From Owenia fusiformis (lineage: Eukaryota), in the NCBI GenBank assembly GCA_903813345.2, contig CAIIXF020000001.1, positions 39,060,001 to 39,124,000 on the forward strand: DNA of 64,000 nucleotides, given 5' to 3'. Below are positions 1 to 12,797 of this stretch, one piece after another (the stretch's first letter is position 1; each line of letters opens with the position of its first letter). The position numbers and the translations under genes are program-made. The notes beneath the pieces are model-generated. The model was given only the letters and a program-made list of their open reading frames with translations, made no database searches and was not told where the DNA came from.

Positions 1-84
1 ACGTGTCAAATTTCAGGGAATAATTACCCAAAATGACGAAGATACGAGGAAAATGCAGGGTTTCCATTTTTTTTGACCACCCTG
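1..84. mobile_element. Right end of a Tc1/mariner-like element running off the window
   Basis: Ends ttttgaccaccctg|ta, matching the cagggtg-type termini seen at 3117 and 25187. Confidence 0.45.
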
Positions 85-2117
85 TACTTCGTGTACAAAA
101 AAGTTAGACAATTCAATTTTCTATATAAAAATATTTTTTACTGAATCTTTTACTGAAAAGATATCCTGATTTCTGATTTGCCCCGAACCCTCCATTCCCA
201 TTAGATTACATGGAAATGACAATTTTCAAAAATTCATCAAATTTATCATCAATTTTCGACCTATTGTAATTGCGGAAAAAAATTGAGAAAATGTGAAGGT
301 ATTGGAAATAAAGTCAATTTACGTTTCCATCAATATTATAAGTTATTTCATCGCCGGTTAAGTAAATAAAAATTCAAAGGTAAAGAGGCTTTAACACATA
401 GTTCAATGGGGGAGCTAAGGTTGCCAAACTTATGAAGGGGAGTGTATTTTAAGTCATGTTGCGGATTATCATTTGGCACAACATTAGAAAATATAGTCTA
501 GCTTTTAGAAATGCTCTCGGTTTGAAATTTTACTAGTAGGTTTAAATCGAGAAAGCAAAAAATTCGTAACCAGGAAGTTCATCCATTTTGTTACATTGAC
601 GTTCCGTCAAAGTAACTAGTTGTGGAACAGTGATTTTGGCATTCGGTTTAACACCTTTCAGTACAATGCGCGTCGGTATAATGGGTTACGGTGCGCGTCG
701 GTGTCCATCTGGCTTGCGACATACACTTTTGGACCAACAATAGTGGCACGTTTTAAAACCTCTGTCATAGGGTTCCCGTTTTAAGTAATCTTTGTTCAAC
801 ATCAATACAGAAAACTCCCCATTGACTCCTGGTTTAAAAGCTCGTCTATTTTCAAGATGGCCGCCATTTTTGTCTCGTGAAATTCTCTTTTGACCCATTT
901 CCTAGCTTTACAAATAAATTCAGATGTCCTGCATTGTAAAAAGCCATGTCAATGTGAAGAGTAGTTGTTTGAAATGATTTTGTTACAAAAAATCAGCAAA
1001 AAATTATATCCGTTTTTTTATTTTCAGCCATTTTAGTTAACATTGATTTGTCCATCTGTCTTGTGAAATCCACTTTTGGACCACTTGCCTCAACCTCTGT
1101 CGATAGGATTCCCGTTTTAAGTTATTTTTGTTCAACATCAATACAAAAAAACTCCCCTATGACTCCTGGTTCAAAAGGTCCCCTATTTTCAAGATGACCA
1201 CCATGTCTTTGTAAAGAGTAGTTGCAAGAAATAATTTTTTACAAAAAATCGGCAAAAAATTATATCCGTTTTTTTTATTTGTTGTCATTTTAGCCATCAT
1301 TCACTTTTGAGCAAGACCATGTGAGCCCAGTACCCATGGTACTATTTTTTCTAGTTTTATTGACTCTATCAAGGGCAATAATGTAAGCTCAAGTATGACA
1401 CCTTGCTACTGTTCAGGGCACTATATCATCTACAGAAGCAATCATTTGTAATAGTTCCAAGATTTATTATCAAAAATAACAATGTAATGACACCTTCACA
1501 GAACAAACATTCATAAGTTACACGTGCAATTATTATTAAACAACTGTTTTTCATGAAAACAATTATTACATTTAAGCACATCTTCTCTAATGTGTGCTAA
1601 CAATGTCTAACATAAAGTATTTGCAATTAATTGGTTCATTCAACTTAAAATTGTCGATACGGTAGGTTCAAAATGCTGGCATTTTTAGCACTTCCAGAGA
1701 GTGAGCATGTATTTACGTTCAGTGGCAAATTATATTAGAAAATGTATCTCAAAGTACAAAAGGATCACAGAATAACTGGTATGTGATGAAGATCTAAATT
1801 GGCAATCAAAGCTTATTATTCTGAAGATCAATTAATTAATAACTCATTGCACACAATGTACGGTTTGGACAAGCAAAATGATCTCTGTTGTCACCATTTT
1901 GAAACCAGGCAAGCTTTTAAGATGCCACGTATGGGCCAATTTAAGATTTTATATAGACACATTTGAAAAGTGAAACCATTTGAATTTTTGTGGAGAATTT
2001 CAAATAAGTCACCCATGTGTTGACAGAGAGACGGACGGACAGACAGACAAGTGGATGATTACAATAGCTCACACAATGTGAGCGAACAATAAATATATAA
2101 TTATAATAATTATATCA

Positions 2118-5100
2118 CTATCCAACAACTCCACTTGCTGCCCATTGTCTTATATCTGTAGGGCAACCAGGATAAGTCTGTAGGCTATCTTCTACTTGGG
2201 TAGAATCTATGAGGCTGCATAATAGTCTATATTCCTTTTGTGTTCGCGAAGAGCTACCATCCATGGGTCGTACAAGTTCTAGAGCTATAAGATGCTCAAA
2301 TGCCTGAAAAATAGTGATGATGCAATGTAATAGTATTCTGAGAAACATTCCACCTACAATAAAAGCTAGCCTTTTTAGCTAGTATACCATGGTATTCTCT
2401 TCCCACATTCCGGGCCGTCAGTTTACTAAAATTAGTCAATTTGCTACTACATGTATATTAGATGAGAAATTGCATAAACGCATAATGTTTAGTGGATACC
2501 CGAGAATTTCCAAAACTTACCAAAAAGGGGAAATATTTTTTACTTTAAAACATTTAAAACAAAATAATGCAATCATAAAGAAAATAATAAAAGTGAATAA
2601 TAATGTGCTAGATAAGCAGATATGCTTAAACTGAATAAGTGAATTTAACAAATTCATAAGCAAATAGAATCTTACCTTCATGATTACAGGTTTTTCAAAG
2701 ATCTGCATCGATGACCTTCTTTGAGCATATTTTCTATATTCTGAAATGAAATTATGAGTAAATTAATGCTTTATTGAAAATTTAGATGGCTAATTTTGTA
2801 AGTATATGTATGTAAGTGAAAGTGTTGAATGGGAAAGTACCAAAAAGTATTAGAAACACATTTAGAAAAAGAAAAATTAAAAAGTATAAAAGTCATTAAG
2901 ATCATAAAATCAAAAATTTTTCAAAATTTTAGAGGTCACACATATCAATTTTAATAAGCGACAATTCACTCCAACGCATATGGCACACATTTTCATGTAT
3001 TTTGTTGAAAAAATTATAAAAATGGTTGATAAATAAGAAATTAACTCATTCATACATAAAAGAGGTTCAGAGAAAAATGCATTTTAATATTTTAGTTATA
3101 TCTAAAACAAAACATACAGGGTGATCCAGAAGTAACGTCAAAGATGTTGTAATTTCAAAAGTATTCATCAGATCTTCATGAAATTTGGTATACATGTACC
3201 CACAACATTTCTGAGTTACCATCTCAAAGATTGGAATTCAATCATTTAATTGGTTGAAATTATGGTTGCTATAGTAACCCGATATCGCGTAACCCGGGGC
3301 AAATTACTTAACGTGTAATGCGTAATCTCAAAATATCAACAAGATCTGAAATTGTTATATCCTCAACATTTTATTTCACAACAATATAAATCATACTATT
3401 GCACAGTTACTAATAATAGTTCATTCTACATAATTGCCACCATTTGCAACACATTTCTCATGTCTGGATACCCATTCCTTGAACACAGAATTAAATCCAT
3501 TAGAACTCATTCCTTGTAGGGCTAGTACTACGACATCTTTCAATTCCTCACAGGATTGAAAATTATTTCCACTAAGGTTTCTTTTTAGTTCCCCATACAA
3601 ATAAAAGTCACTGGGGGCAAGATCAGGTGAATAAGGGGCATGTTCAAGTTGTTGAAATCCAAGTGTTTGGACTGTGTTGCTGGTCAGGATTGCAGTGTGC
3701 GTAGGGGCATTGTCCCAATGCAAGATAAACTGCTGCAGATGTCCGGGACGCTTTTTCCTCAGGGAACGTTGAAGATCACGCTTCAGAACCTGAAAAACAA
3801 ATGTTTAATGGTTGTTAAACCAGTTGTTTCATTGATTGGATTTGGATTTGAATCATGGCCATGGAGTTATAATTATATTGACAGTGAACAACATTTAAAT
3901 ACTTTAATTTAAAAATAAAATTCACAGTATGATGTATTATTAGAACAAATGATATCTTACCTTTGCAATGTAAACGGCATTAATTCTCTGGCCAATGGGA
4001 ACAAAATGGGTTAACACCATTCCTCTAATGTCAAAGAATGTCACAACCATTTGTTTCTTTTGTGGAATTCCTGGTACTATTTTAGGCTTGGTTGGTGTTG
4101 GGGAGTTGTCATGTTTCCACGATGAACTTTGTTGCGTGGTCTCTGGGATGTAGAATGATAGCAATGATTCGTCACTCGTAATGATCTTGTTAAGAAAGTC
4201 ATCTCCATCTCTCCGATATTTTGCAAGAAAGTCCCTTGAAGCCTTAACACGCCGGTCTTTCTGCTCCTGTGTCAAGTCATGCGGCACCCATTTAGCAGAC
4301 ACCTTCTTTAACAGACAGTTCTTTGTCAGTATCCGTTGCACAGTCCCATAGCTCAGATCGTGTTTTTCAGCCAATTCTCTGATAGAAATTTGCCTATTGT
4401 CCATAACATCAGCTTCAATTGCTTTGATGGTTTGATCATCGAATGACGACACTGGCCTGCCTCCTCGCTGCTTGTCTACCACTTCATCATATCCACTGGA
4501 ATACTTGTTAAACCACCTGTAAATGTTTCTCTCAGCAATGGCAGCTTTACCATATGCCTTCTTTATCTGTCTTATAGTCTCTTTTACACCTTTCCCCAAC
4601 TTTACACAGAACTTAATGTTTGTTCTTTGCTCTATTTTACTCTGACTTGGCGCCATCTTGAATTGGGTGGGTTAGTGTCCTTGGTCATGTTAGTATTTGT
4701 CATGGATGATGGAAGCAATTCAAAGAAATTGAAAGCTTTTTATGAATGCCTATTGTGACATCACAACTATTACATATTTGTTACCATGGCAACAAATATA
4801 AAAATCATAGAAAACAAACAATGAACATTTTCAAATGTTACTGACTTTTTAAATTAGAGAAATTCACAAAAACGTTATGGTTTCTCTTCAATTTGCCCCG
4901 GGTTACGCGATATCGGGTTACTATAGCAACCATAATTTCAACCAATGAAATGATTGAATTCCAATCTGTATACCAAATTTCATGAAGATCTGATGAATAC
5001 TTTTGAAATTACAATGTCTTTGACGTTACTTCTGGATCACCCTGTACATGTAAGTGGTACATTAGATAGGCTATGCCATTTTATTATTGAAATAGTGTAT

Positions 5101-8100
5101 CCTTTGTTTGTTTCTTCACAATGGTGTATTGTATGTATGATTGATGTATGTATTGTATTAAGATTGAAGTATGTATTGTATTTAGATTGAAGTATGTATT
5201 GTATTTAGATTGAAGTATGTATTTCAATGCACTGAATAGTGAAAAGATTTCAACTATGGTCGGAACTATGGTAAAAATGGTAGGAAATTTGTATATTTGT
5301 AAAATACTTCAAAAATCTCTAAAGTAACTTTCAAAGACATGAAAAATTGTAAATAAATGAATGATACAAACATATTCTCAAAATTAGCATGGGGCCTTTA
5401 AACACTAAAATCCAACAAGAACATTCATTGTCATAGTCCACAAACACAATAATTCAACAAAACTCATTGTGGGAGTCTAAAAGCCTAGCAAGAACCCTGA
5501 CATTGTGTATAGGGGCATGATGGACTGTATTTTTTTTATTTCTTGTAAACAATACAATGTGTAAAAGCAGAGATTTCGAAACTCACCATTGTACACCATC
5601 TCAAAATTGAATGGTTCTCCCTCATATAATTCAGTGAGGTGTTTCATAGATATCACCAAGCATAGTTCAAGAACAGATATTCCTGGAAATACAGTAAATG
5701 GTCAGGAATATCAAATCAATCAAAGTTAAATGGTTGTATATATGACAAAATGAAAACTAGAATCATAAAGTCCCTACTCTAGAGTAGCGAATCCCACCAA
5801 ACAAAGCATATTTTATCGAATCACCATTCATTTTGGACAACACATGATATAAATAATCAGAAAGTAGTAGAGTAGTATATATTGTTTCCTTTTGGCCATA
5901 TTTTTCCTGAGAAATGGTGGCGATTTTGAATTCAGTATTCCCTCTTAACCAGGGTCCTTTGCCAATAAGGCGTTAGTACATAAAATCTGAACAAATCTGA
6001 TAAATTGAGTTATCAAATGGCCATTCTGAATTCAGCAGTCATTTTGTAAATTCATTCTTGGGCAGATTTCTATGTCCATCAACAGCATATAAAAGGCATT
6101 TGATACAAAATTTGAACCAAATCCATCAACTGGTTTTGTGTTTTGTTTTAAAAATACCTTTTACAAAACCAAGTAATCTTCATTTAAGTAGTTTTGGGAT
6201 ATATAGGCAAAATTAAATGCAATCTAAAAAAAATTCTGCAAAAGCAATACAAAACAATCTTAAATCCTGGCTACACTCTATGATAGCATAATTTACCATG
6301 TAACATTGCAGCCTTAGAATCCTGAGTAAGATATCTACTTGAGTCAACGAGGTCAACGGCTTCCAGTTGTGGATGATTTTCACATATTCTGCAAAGTGGT
6401 AAGACCTAAAATGAGAGAACAAGATTTTAACATTTTATAGTGTAAGGTAACCACTAACCACAGTCTCTTTCTCAGGTATTTTGATAAACCTATTACTTGT
6501 ATATAATGTACCTGTTGATATACAACATATGTTATGATTTTTTAGTAAACAGCCATGAATCAGCACTTTTCTTATGAGAAATATATAATAAGACACAGAT
6601 GCATGAATGTATGTCCATCATTGGGTCATTTAATAGTGGAATTATCCCTAAAGCTCATCAATAGTGAGTAAGAGTAATGGTCATCAATAGTGATTTAAGT
6701 TCATCAAAAGTGAGTAGAACACCAATAATGAGTAAAACTCACCAATAGTGAGTAAGAGTAATGGTCATCAATAGTGATTTAAGTTCATCAAAAGTGAGTA
6801 GAACACCAATAATGAGTAAAGCTCACCAATAGTGAGTAAGAGTAATGGTCATCAATAGTGATTTAAGTTCATCAAAAGTGAGTAGAACACCAATAATGAG
6901 TAAAGCTCACCAATAGTAAGTAAGAGTAAAGGTCATCAATAGTGATTTAAGTTCATCAACAGTGAGTAGAACACCAATAGTGAGTAAAGCTTATCAATAG
7001 TGAGTAGAACACCAATAGTTAGTAAAGCTCATCAATAGTGAGTAGAACACCAATAGTGAGTAAAGCTCATCAATAGTGAGTAGAACACCAATAGTGAGTA
7101 AAGCTCATCAATAGTGAGTAGAACACCAATAGTGAGTAAAGTTCATCAATAGTGAGTAGAACCATGGACATACACCAACTTACCAAAAGAGAATGTAAAG
7201 TCCGGAGATCTTTACTTTTCTGGTATAGTTTCCTGAGTATATCCCGGACAGAGTCTTCCTTGGCAAGAGCCTAAATAAGTAAAACGGTAATGTAACATGG
7301 TGTTATATAATTTAGAGAGCTAGCTGTTTGGTAGACTATCCACTAATTCATTTGGTTTATTATTATGAGGTTGTAAAATTGAGATTGCAAGTCTACAGAT
7401 TTGACAAAACAAAAAAATTGGAAGTATAAACAGAGTGAAAAATGCAGGACAGTTTCAACTTTCAACACAAAAAACATTAAGGATCAAATCTACATTAATA
7501 AACATGTAGTGTAATTCATTCTGAGATTGACATGAAAGCATGAATATTTATCAGTTACTCTAATTAAAAACTAATCCAAGGCAAGTTTTGTATCTAAATA
7601 TCATGTGACTACATTGTAATTTCAATTCAAAACTTCAACAACATACTTGTATGCTTGTGTTCCATTGTTTTCTGTATGTTTTGTCCTGGAATGTGTCTGG
7701 TAGAGAAAGGCAGGAGACAAACTGTCCCAAATAACCCTCAAACTTTATGTCGCTAAGGAGGTGAATCTGCCTGTGAGAAAATCTGGACTTAACTCGTTTT
7801 TCCAACAGCTCAATAACATCCTAAAATAAACAAACTTAAATTTTTAATTCATTCAAATCTAAAAATTTTATAAAGGTCCAAAACAGGTCCAAATGATAGA
7901 ATATTCTCTCAACTGGTTATATACAATTTTCATCATGTTCTACAAAGTTATAGATTACTAGTTTCGCTGATTATCAACCACAGTTAGTTAATGTACCAAT
8001 ATCAAGAAGGTTCTTATTTCAGAACTGAAATTCCAAGTTCATAGGTAATTGCAGGTAGATCTGATTTCAGACCTTGTAACCATTTCACATAGAAACCATG

Positions 8101-10763
8101 TGTTCATGTTGTTTCCCTGACCAGAAGACCTCAAAATGTCAATTTTGTGGGACTTCTCCATTAGATTCTCCAGATATTCTTTACGAGACACCTTAAAATA
8201 ATTAACTTTCTGAAATAGTTTGATTTGGTATATATTTTAACATTTCTGAATTAATTAACAATGTCCATTTCAACGTCCACATGTGAGCATCCTTAAATGG
8301 GTCTCTGCTCTCTAAAATTTCTAGGAATATTGATATAAAGTGATGCCTACCAATCTGCATGTTAACCCTATAACGCATATAGGAGCCTGTCTGGACTGAG
8401 ACACATCAAACAAGTTGTAGAGCAAGGTCTGATTCTTATGATGGGCAAACAGATCAAACTCATCCAGAATGAACACTATTGACTTGGTCTCCTGTCCACC
8501 TGGAAATAAATAGTAAGTGTGACTTATTTCAGAGGTGCAATTCTATATCTAACCAAGAATTTGACTTTTAGGTTTAGTTATTCAATGCAGACTGAATAGG
8601 TTTGTCGGACCTGTCTCATATTTTCTCTTTGAGCTTAATTGGATGAGTTGACTAAAGATATTGCTGCTTGCAAGTTTGTCATCCATTACAGTAAACGTCT
8701 AATTTTATGCTTAAAATTATAAGAAAATGATACATTCACAGCTCATGTACTATATATATCTAATATGTATATATACAAGATTACTCACCTCTTTTAAGTG
8801 CATCCAAAAGAAACTGTAGATTCTCAGCAAAAGATCCCTGAAAAATAGATAACAATCAATTGAACTTGTATGCTATCTTATATACAGTTGACGGACAGAT
8901 TTTATGGTGATACAATGCAGTTATGACAGAAGCAAATGGACTACTATAATCTAAATTTTATATTTATTTATAAATAATTAAGAATTGATCACCCATTCTA
9001 GCGATTAATAAAAAATTACAATCAACCATTTTGAATTTGTATCTCCTAATACCAAATGAGTGTTTCCCCAAATAATGGCAAATCATACAGAATGAGAACT
9101 GCGCCTCTTCCCTGGTACGATGTATCACATATTATACTCACAAAAACTTTGTCTCCAACAGTATTTTCCAGTTGTAATTGGCGAGTGATTTCCTTCAGGG
9201 CAATCCTATCATCTGTCTGAAGCAAACCTTAAAAAAAGTGTTTAGATATGTGAATTATGTGAATTCAGTGAAACCTGCAAAGTGGAACACTTCTAGAAGT
9301 GGAACACAATTGTTAGTGGAACAGTTTTCAGAGTCCAAAGACAAACTGACTTTATGATAAATGAACCTCCATAAATGGAACACCTCAAGTGAAACACATT
9401 TCAGAAGTACCTACTGTGTTCCAATTAGACGGAATTTACAATATCAATACAAAAAGTATGTAAAGTGAAGGGCTCTCGCCAGGCTTTTAGACTGTGGCGC
9501 AGCACCACACTCTATTTAGCTCCCTCCACACCCTATTGGCAAATCATGACTGTTTCCACAGTCTAAACTTGACTGAATATACAATAACAGCATGTAAAAA
9601 GGATAAAACATTACATAAATATGATTTATCACGATTGAACTGTTATTCTGAAGATATTAGCACCACACCCTAAATATTTCCTGTTGACAGCCCTGAAGTG
9701 TAAAGATTTTATGGACACCTTGTATATCAATATGCTTGCATTGTCTCCTCCAGAAATATAGCTCATATCGTATATCAGAAGCATTAAAGAACTTACCATT
9801 TAGATGTACCTCTAGCAAAATTTCGCTGAGTTCTGTCTGGGACTTTAACTCCTGGAGAACACTTTTCAAAAGCTGTAACATAAGATACAGTTACACAAAT
9901 ACACTTTGCATTTCTTCATTGACACAACCCAATTTGAAGTTTATGGGAGATTTTGAAAACAATACCTCAGTGATACATAAGTGAAAGATTTTGTGCTCAA
10001 AATAGGAATTACAAACCAGATATTTTTTAAATACATGTATACATACCATAGTTACTCTCTTTAAGTGTAGCTGTTATTTCAAATAAGACATTTCTAATAT
10101 ACATGTACATACCATTGTCTTTCCACTGCCCCTAGGTCCAACAAGGAGTACAGAGTTGCTCTCTCCCAGTGTAGCGGTTCTCTTCACCAGTTCAAAAAGA
10201 TGGCTGAAATCGAATATATTAGCATTGTCGAAATGAAAGACTGGGAAGAAATTCCAATCAGTCAATTGCAGTTTGATTCAGGGAAGCCCAAATAAGATTT
10301 GTTATTATTTGATTTGGTGCTTGCTTAAAAATGAAATATAGTAAGGGTACTGACAATACAGCTTTGAGTCAAACTACCATTGACTTTGGAAATACTGTTA
10401 AATGAATCAATGATTGGTTCATTGGTCTTGCAACCGAAAAGTAATGTTGCCTCGTAAAAAACAAGCATTTCGCATTCCAAAAGAAATTTATTCTTTCTCA
10501 TTTGTCAAAGTAGTGTGTAACTAAAAAACAAGCAATACAAATAATGAAATACATGTTGAATTCATTTCTGGTCCTTTTGATGACATCTACATATTTGCTA
10601 TAATTAACACTTGTCCTGGGAAAATATTTTACCTGCGTTCCTTTTCAAATCCATACATATTGTGTGGAAGGCTCTGTCCACATAGCTGCTTCCGAAGAAT
10701 TTGTTGGGTTGCTTTTATGTTCTCAAGTAGTGACAAGGTGGATGTACTTTTTCTTTTACTCAT
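2118..10763 (-). CDS. ORC4: Origin recognition complex subunit 4 (12 coding exons, about 432 aa)
   Basis: Exons (minus): 10633-10763, 10113-10203, 9797-9872, 9142-9227, 8789-8837, 8351-8499, 7647-7820, 7184-7270, 6297-6405, 5587-5682, 2676-2740, 2118-2303. All junctions are GT-AG with compatible phases; total 1299 nt. The translation contains Walker [43 protein letters not shown], Walker [39 protein letters not shown] and PFNFEMVY, all characteristic of ORC4. Confidence 0.96.
3117..5044 (-). mobile_element. Full-length mariner (Tc1/mariner, DD34D) DNA transposon in an ORC4 intron
   Basis: Flanked by TA (3115-3116, 5045-5046). Ends are cagggtgatccagaagtaacgtc and its reverse complement. Long TIRs at 3117-3305 and about 4890-5044; the left TIR has 34 extra bp. 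Confidence 0.95.
3421..4656 (-). CDS. Mariner transposase, two exons (3961-4656 and 3421-3789), about 354 aa
   Basis: HTH N-terminus (EQRTNIKFC), WVPHDL, TSDES, HWDNA and YSPDLAPSD, with 34 residues between the last two catalytic Asp. A 171-bp intron (AAG|gtaag...tttcag|GTT, 3790-3960) joins the two ORFs in phase 0 without stops. Confidence 0.9.
6654..7162. repeat. Minisatellite in an ORC4 intron (caatagtgagta core; about 85-bp then about 38-bp periods)
   Basis: Visible tandem array starting about 20 bp from the exon 7184-7270 donor. Confidence 0.9.
9468..9695. mobile_element. Degenerate hAT-like MITE, 5-bp TSD
   Basis: Imperfect TIR aagggctctcgccagg / cctgttgacagccctg; aagtg on both flanks. 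Confidence 0.55.
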
Positions 10764-10888
10764 CTTGATGTACTGCAATATGTTAAGATAGATATGTATG
10801 TTGAGTTTTTTACTAATTTTCATGATAACCGGTAATTAAAGGGACTCTATGCATATTTTCAACATTCTTTGGCAAAATAAAGACTTAC

Positions 10889-11120
10889 TTTTGAACTTCA
10901 TAGAATTTCCAATGGATTGTTAAGCACTATATCTTTCAATGGACACCACATACAGCTCAAAAGGTCCACATCAGAGCTTATAATAACTTATCAAAAAATA
11001 GTTTTGATCTGTCAAGTTTTATATTTCAAGTTTTTACCAATGCCAATGAAAGATAGCAATGTTATTTGTATCACATGATTCATTCTATTTTATTTAAGTG
11101 TCGCCATCTTTTCAATCAAA
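10889..11120 (-). promoter_or_regulatory. Candidate ORC4 non-coding first exon / TSS region
   Basis: Acceptor tgcag 9 nt upstream of the ORC4 ATG (10773), donor gtaagtct at 10888, and a YY1-like aagatggcg near 11102-11110 on the minus strand. Confidence 0.35.
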
Positions 11121-11385
11121 AGTTGTTTAAATATGCACTTTGTCAAAAGCATGCAGCACTACTAATGATATCTGCTGTTTTGTACATGAGTTATTTTATC
11201 TTGCTTCAATATTGTTGCAAATCAAGCTTTGTATCATATTTGATTGAGTGTGTGAATTATATGCTTTATGATTATTTTATCCTCTCTGGCTCTAAACTAG
11301 GCATAGTGCCCATTTAATAAAACAGGTACAATATTTTTGGACGATTGGATACTGACGAATGGGGTTTGTAGAAAAAACCGGGTAT

Positions 11386-12263
11386 CACATCATTGGTCCG
11401 AATCCCAATTATCCGAATCCCAATCTTCCAAATCCCAATCTTCCAAATTCCATTCGTCAGGGTTTGTAGAAAAAACCAGGTACCGGGTAGTAAATCCTCC
11501 ATGCTGGGTTCAAACTTGGTACCCGGGACCCGGTCGAAAAAACCGGGTACCCAAAAAACGAAAAATACGAATATACAACATAATTAGATCATTATAAAAA
11601 GTGTAAGATTTGTTTTGAATCAAAAATGTATGTAACTTCCTTCAAAGTTGAGCTAGACGCTTCAAATAAAAAGCATTTTAAGGCTCTTTTCTTTCTCTAT
11701 CATCATAGTCATATTTTCATTGGTTATTGGGGGGGGGGGTGTGATCGCACCATCGAACCCCCTCCTGGCTACGCCTATGACATTGTAAGACGATTTGAAA
11801 AGCATGACAAATCAATCTTACTCTATTTTCAATAGTTCATATGTTGGTACGTGAATTGTTTTGAATTTTGATTATGATTTAAATCTTTAAATAACTAGCG
11901 TTACTTTAGCAGAGAGGTGACGTGTTTTAATTTACATGATGCAACGTGTGAGATTTTGATTATTAATCATAATTTAAGTTATCCCAATTTTCGACGAAAC
12001 GTCCACTGAAATGTAAATTGTTACGTCTTACAATGTCATAGGCGATCGCACCCTCCCCCCCCATAACCAATGAAAATATGACCATGATGGTAGAGGAGGA
12101 AAAGAGCCTTAAAATGCTTTTCATTTGAAGCTTCTAGCTCAATTTTGAAGGAAGTTATATACATTTATGTATGTAACCCTGACGAACCCTGACGAATGGA
12201 ATTTGGAAGATTGGGATTTGGAAGATTGGGATTCGGATAATTGGGATTCGGACCAATGATGTG
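11386..12263. repeat. Nested inverted repeat (foldback) structure
   Basis: A perfect 79-bp IR (11386-11464 vs 12185-12263, with internal 15-bp subrepeats) encloses an imperfect IR (about 11625-11792 vs 12024-12166). Confidence 0.88.
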
Positions 12264-12797
12264 TTCTCCGAGAGGAGGATAAGAAGGTTTAAGTGATGGA
12301 ACTTCCCTTTGTTCTAAATTACGCAGAGAACTTTTTACATATGTCCCCGTCTAATATACCAGCTGAGGCTAACATCATCATGGGCTTTCAATTCTCGAAA
12401 TCGCTGTTCCCTCTTCAAAAGAGGAGACGCGAAAATCTTTCCTTATAAGGTCAAAATATTTCCCATGATGCAGTTCGCGGAGGAACAAATTTATACTTCC
12501 TTGGTTTCCCTCATAGGTTTAACATGGGGATTTTAACACATATTTTTCAAACGATATATTCGTTCATATTCCCGTACGAGGGTACAGAAAAAATTATTAG
12601 AAACGATTGATCCCTCATTAATCTTAATATAACAGCTATTTTTGTCATTGTATTGATTCATAGCGTGGTGAAAACGATGATTGAAAAGTGAGAAAATATT
12701 CCGGAAGAGAAGGTCACATGATCAGTTGACTAGTCGCCATATTGGAAAAAACAATTCCATTCGACTTTCAATACTTTCATGCCAATCTTACCGCACT

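Noticed and set aside
6654..7162. Multiple GTGAGT donor-like motifs in the ORC4 intronic minisatellite
   Set aside because: They lie on the plus strand, antisense to ORC4, so they cannot act as donors in its pre-mRNA.
11314..11835. Overlapping short ORFs with IGIWK/IPIFQ repeats
   Set aside because: Translations of the 15-bp subrepeats of the foldback element.
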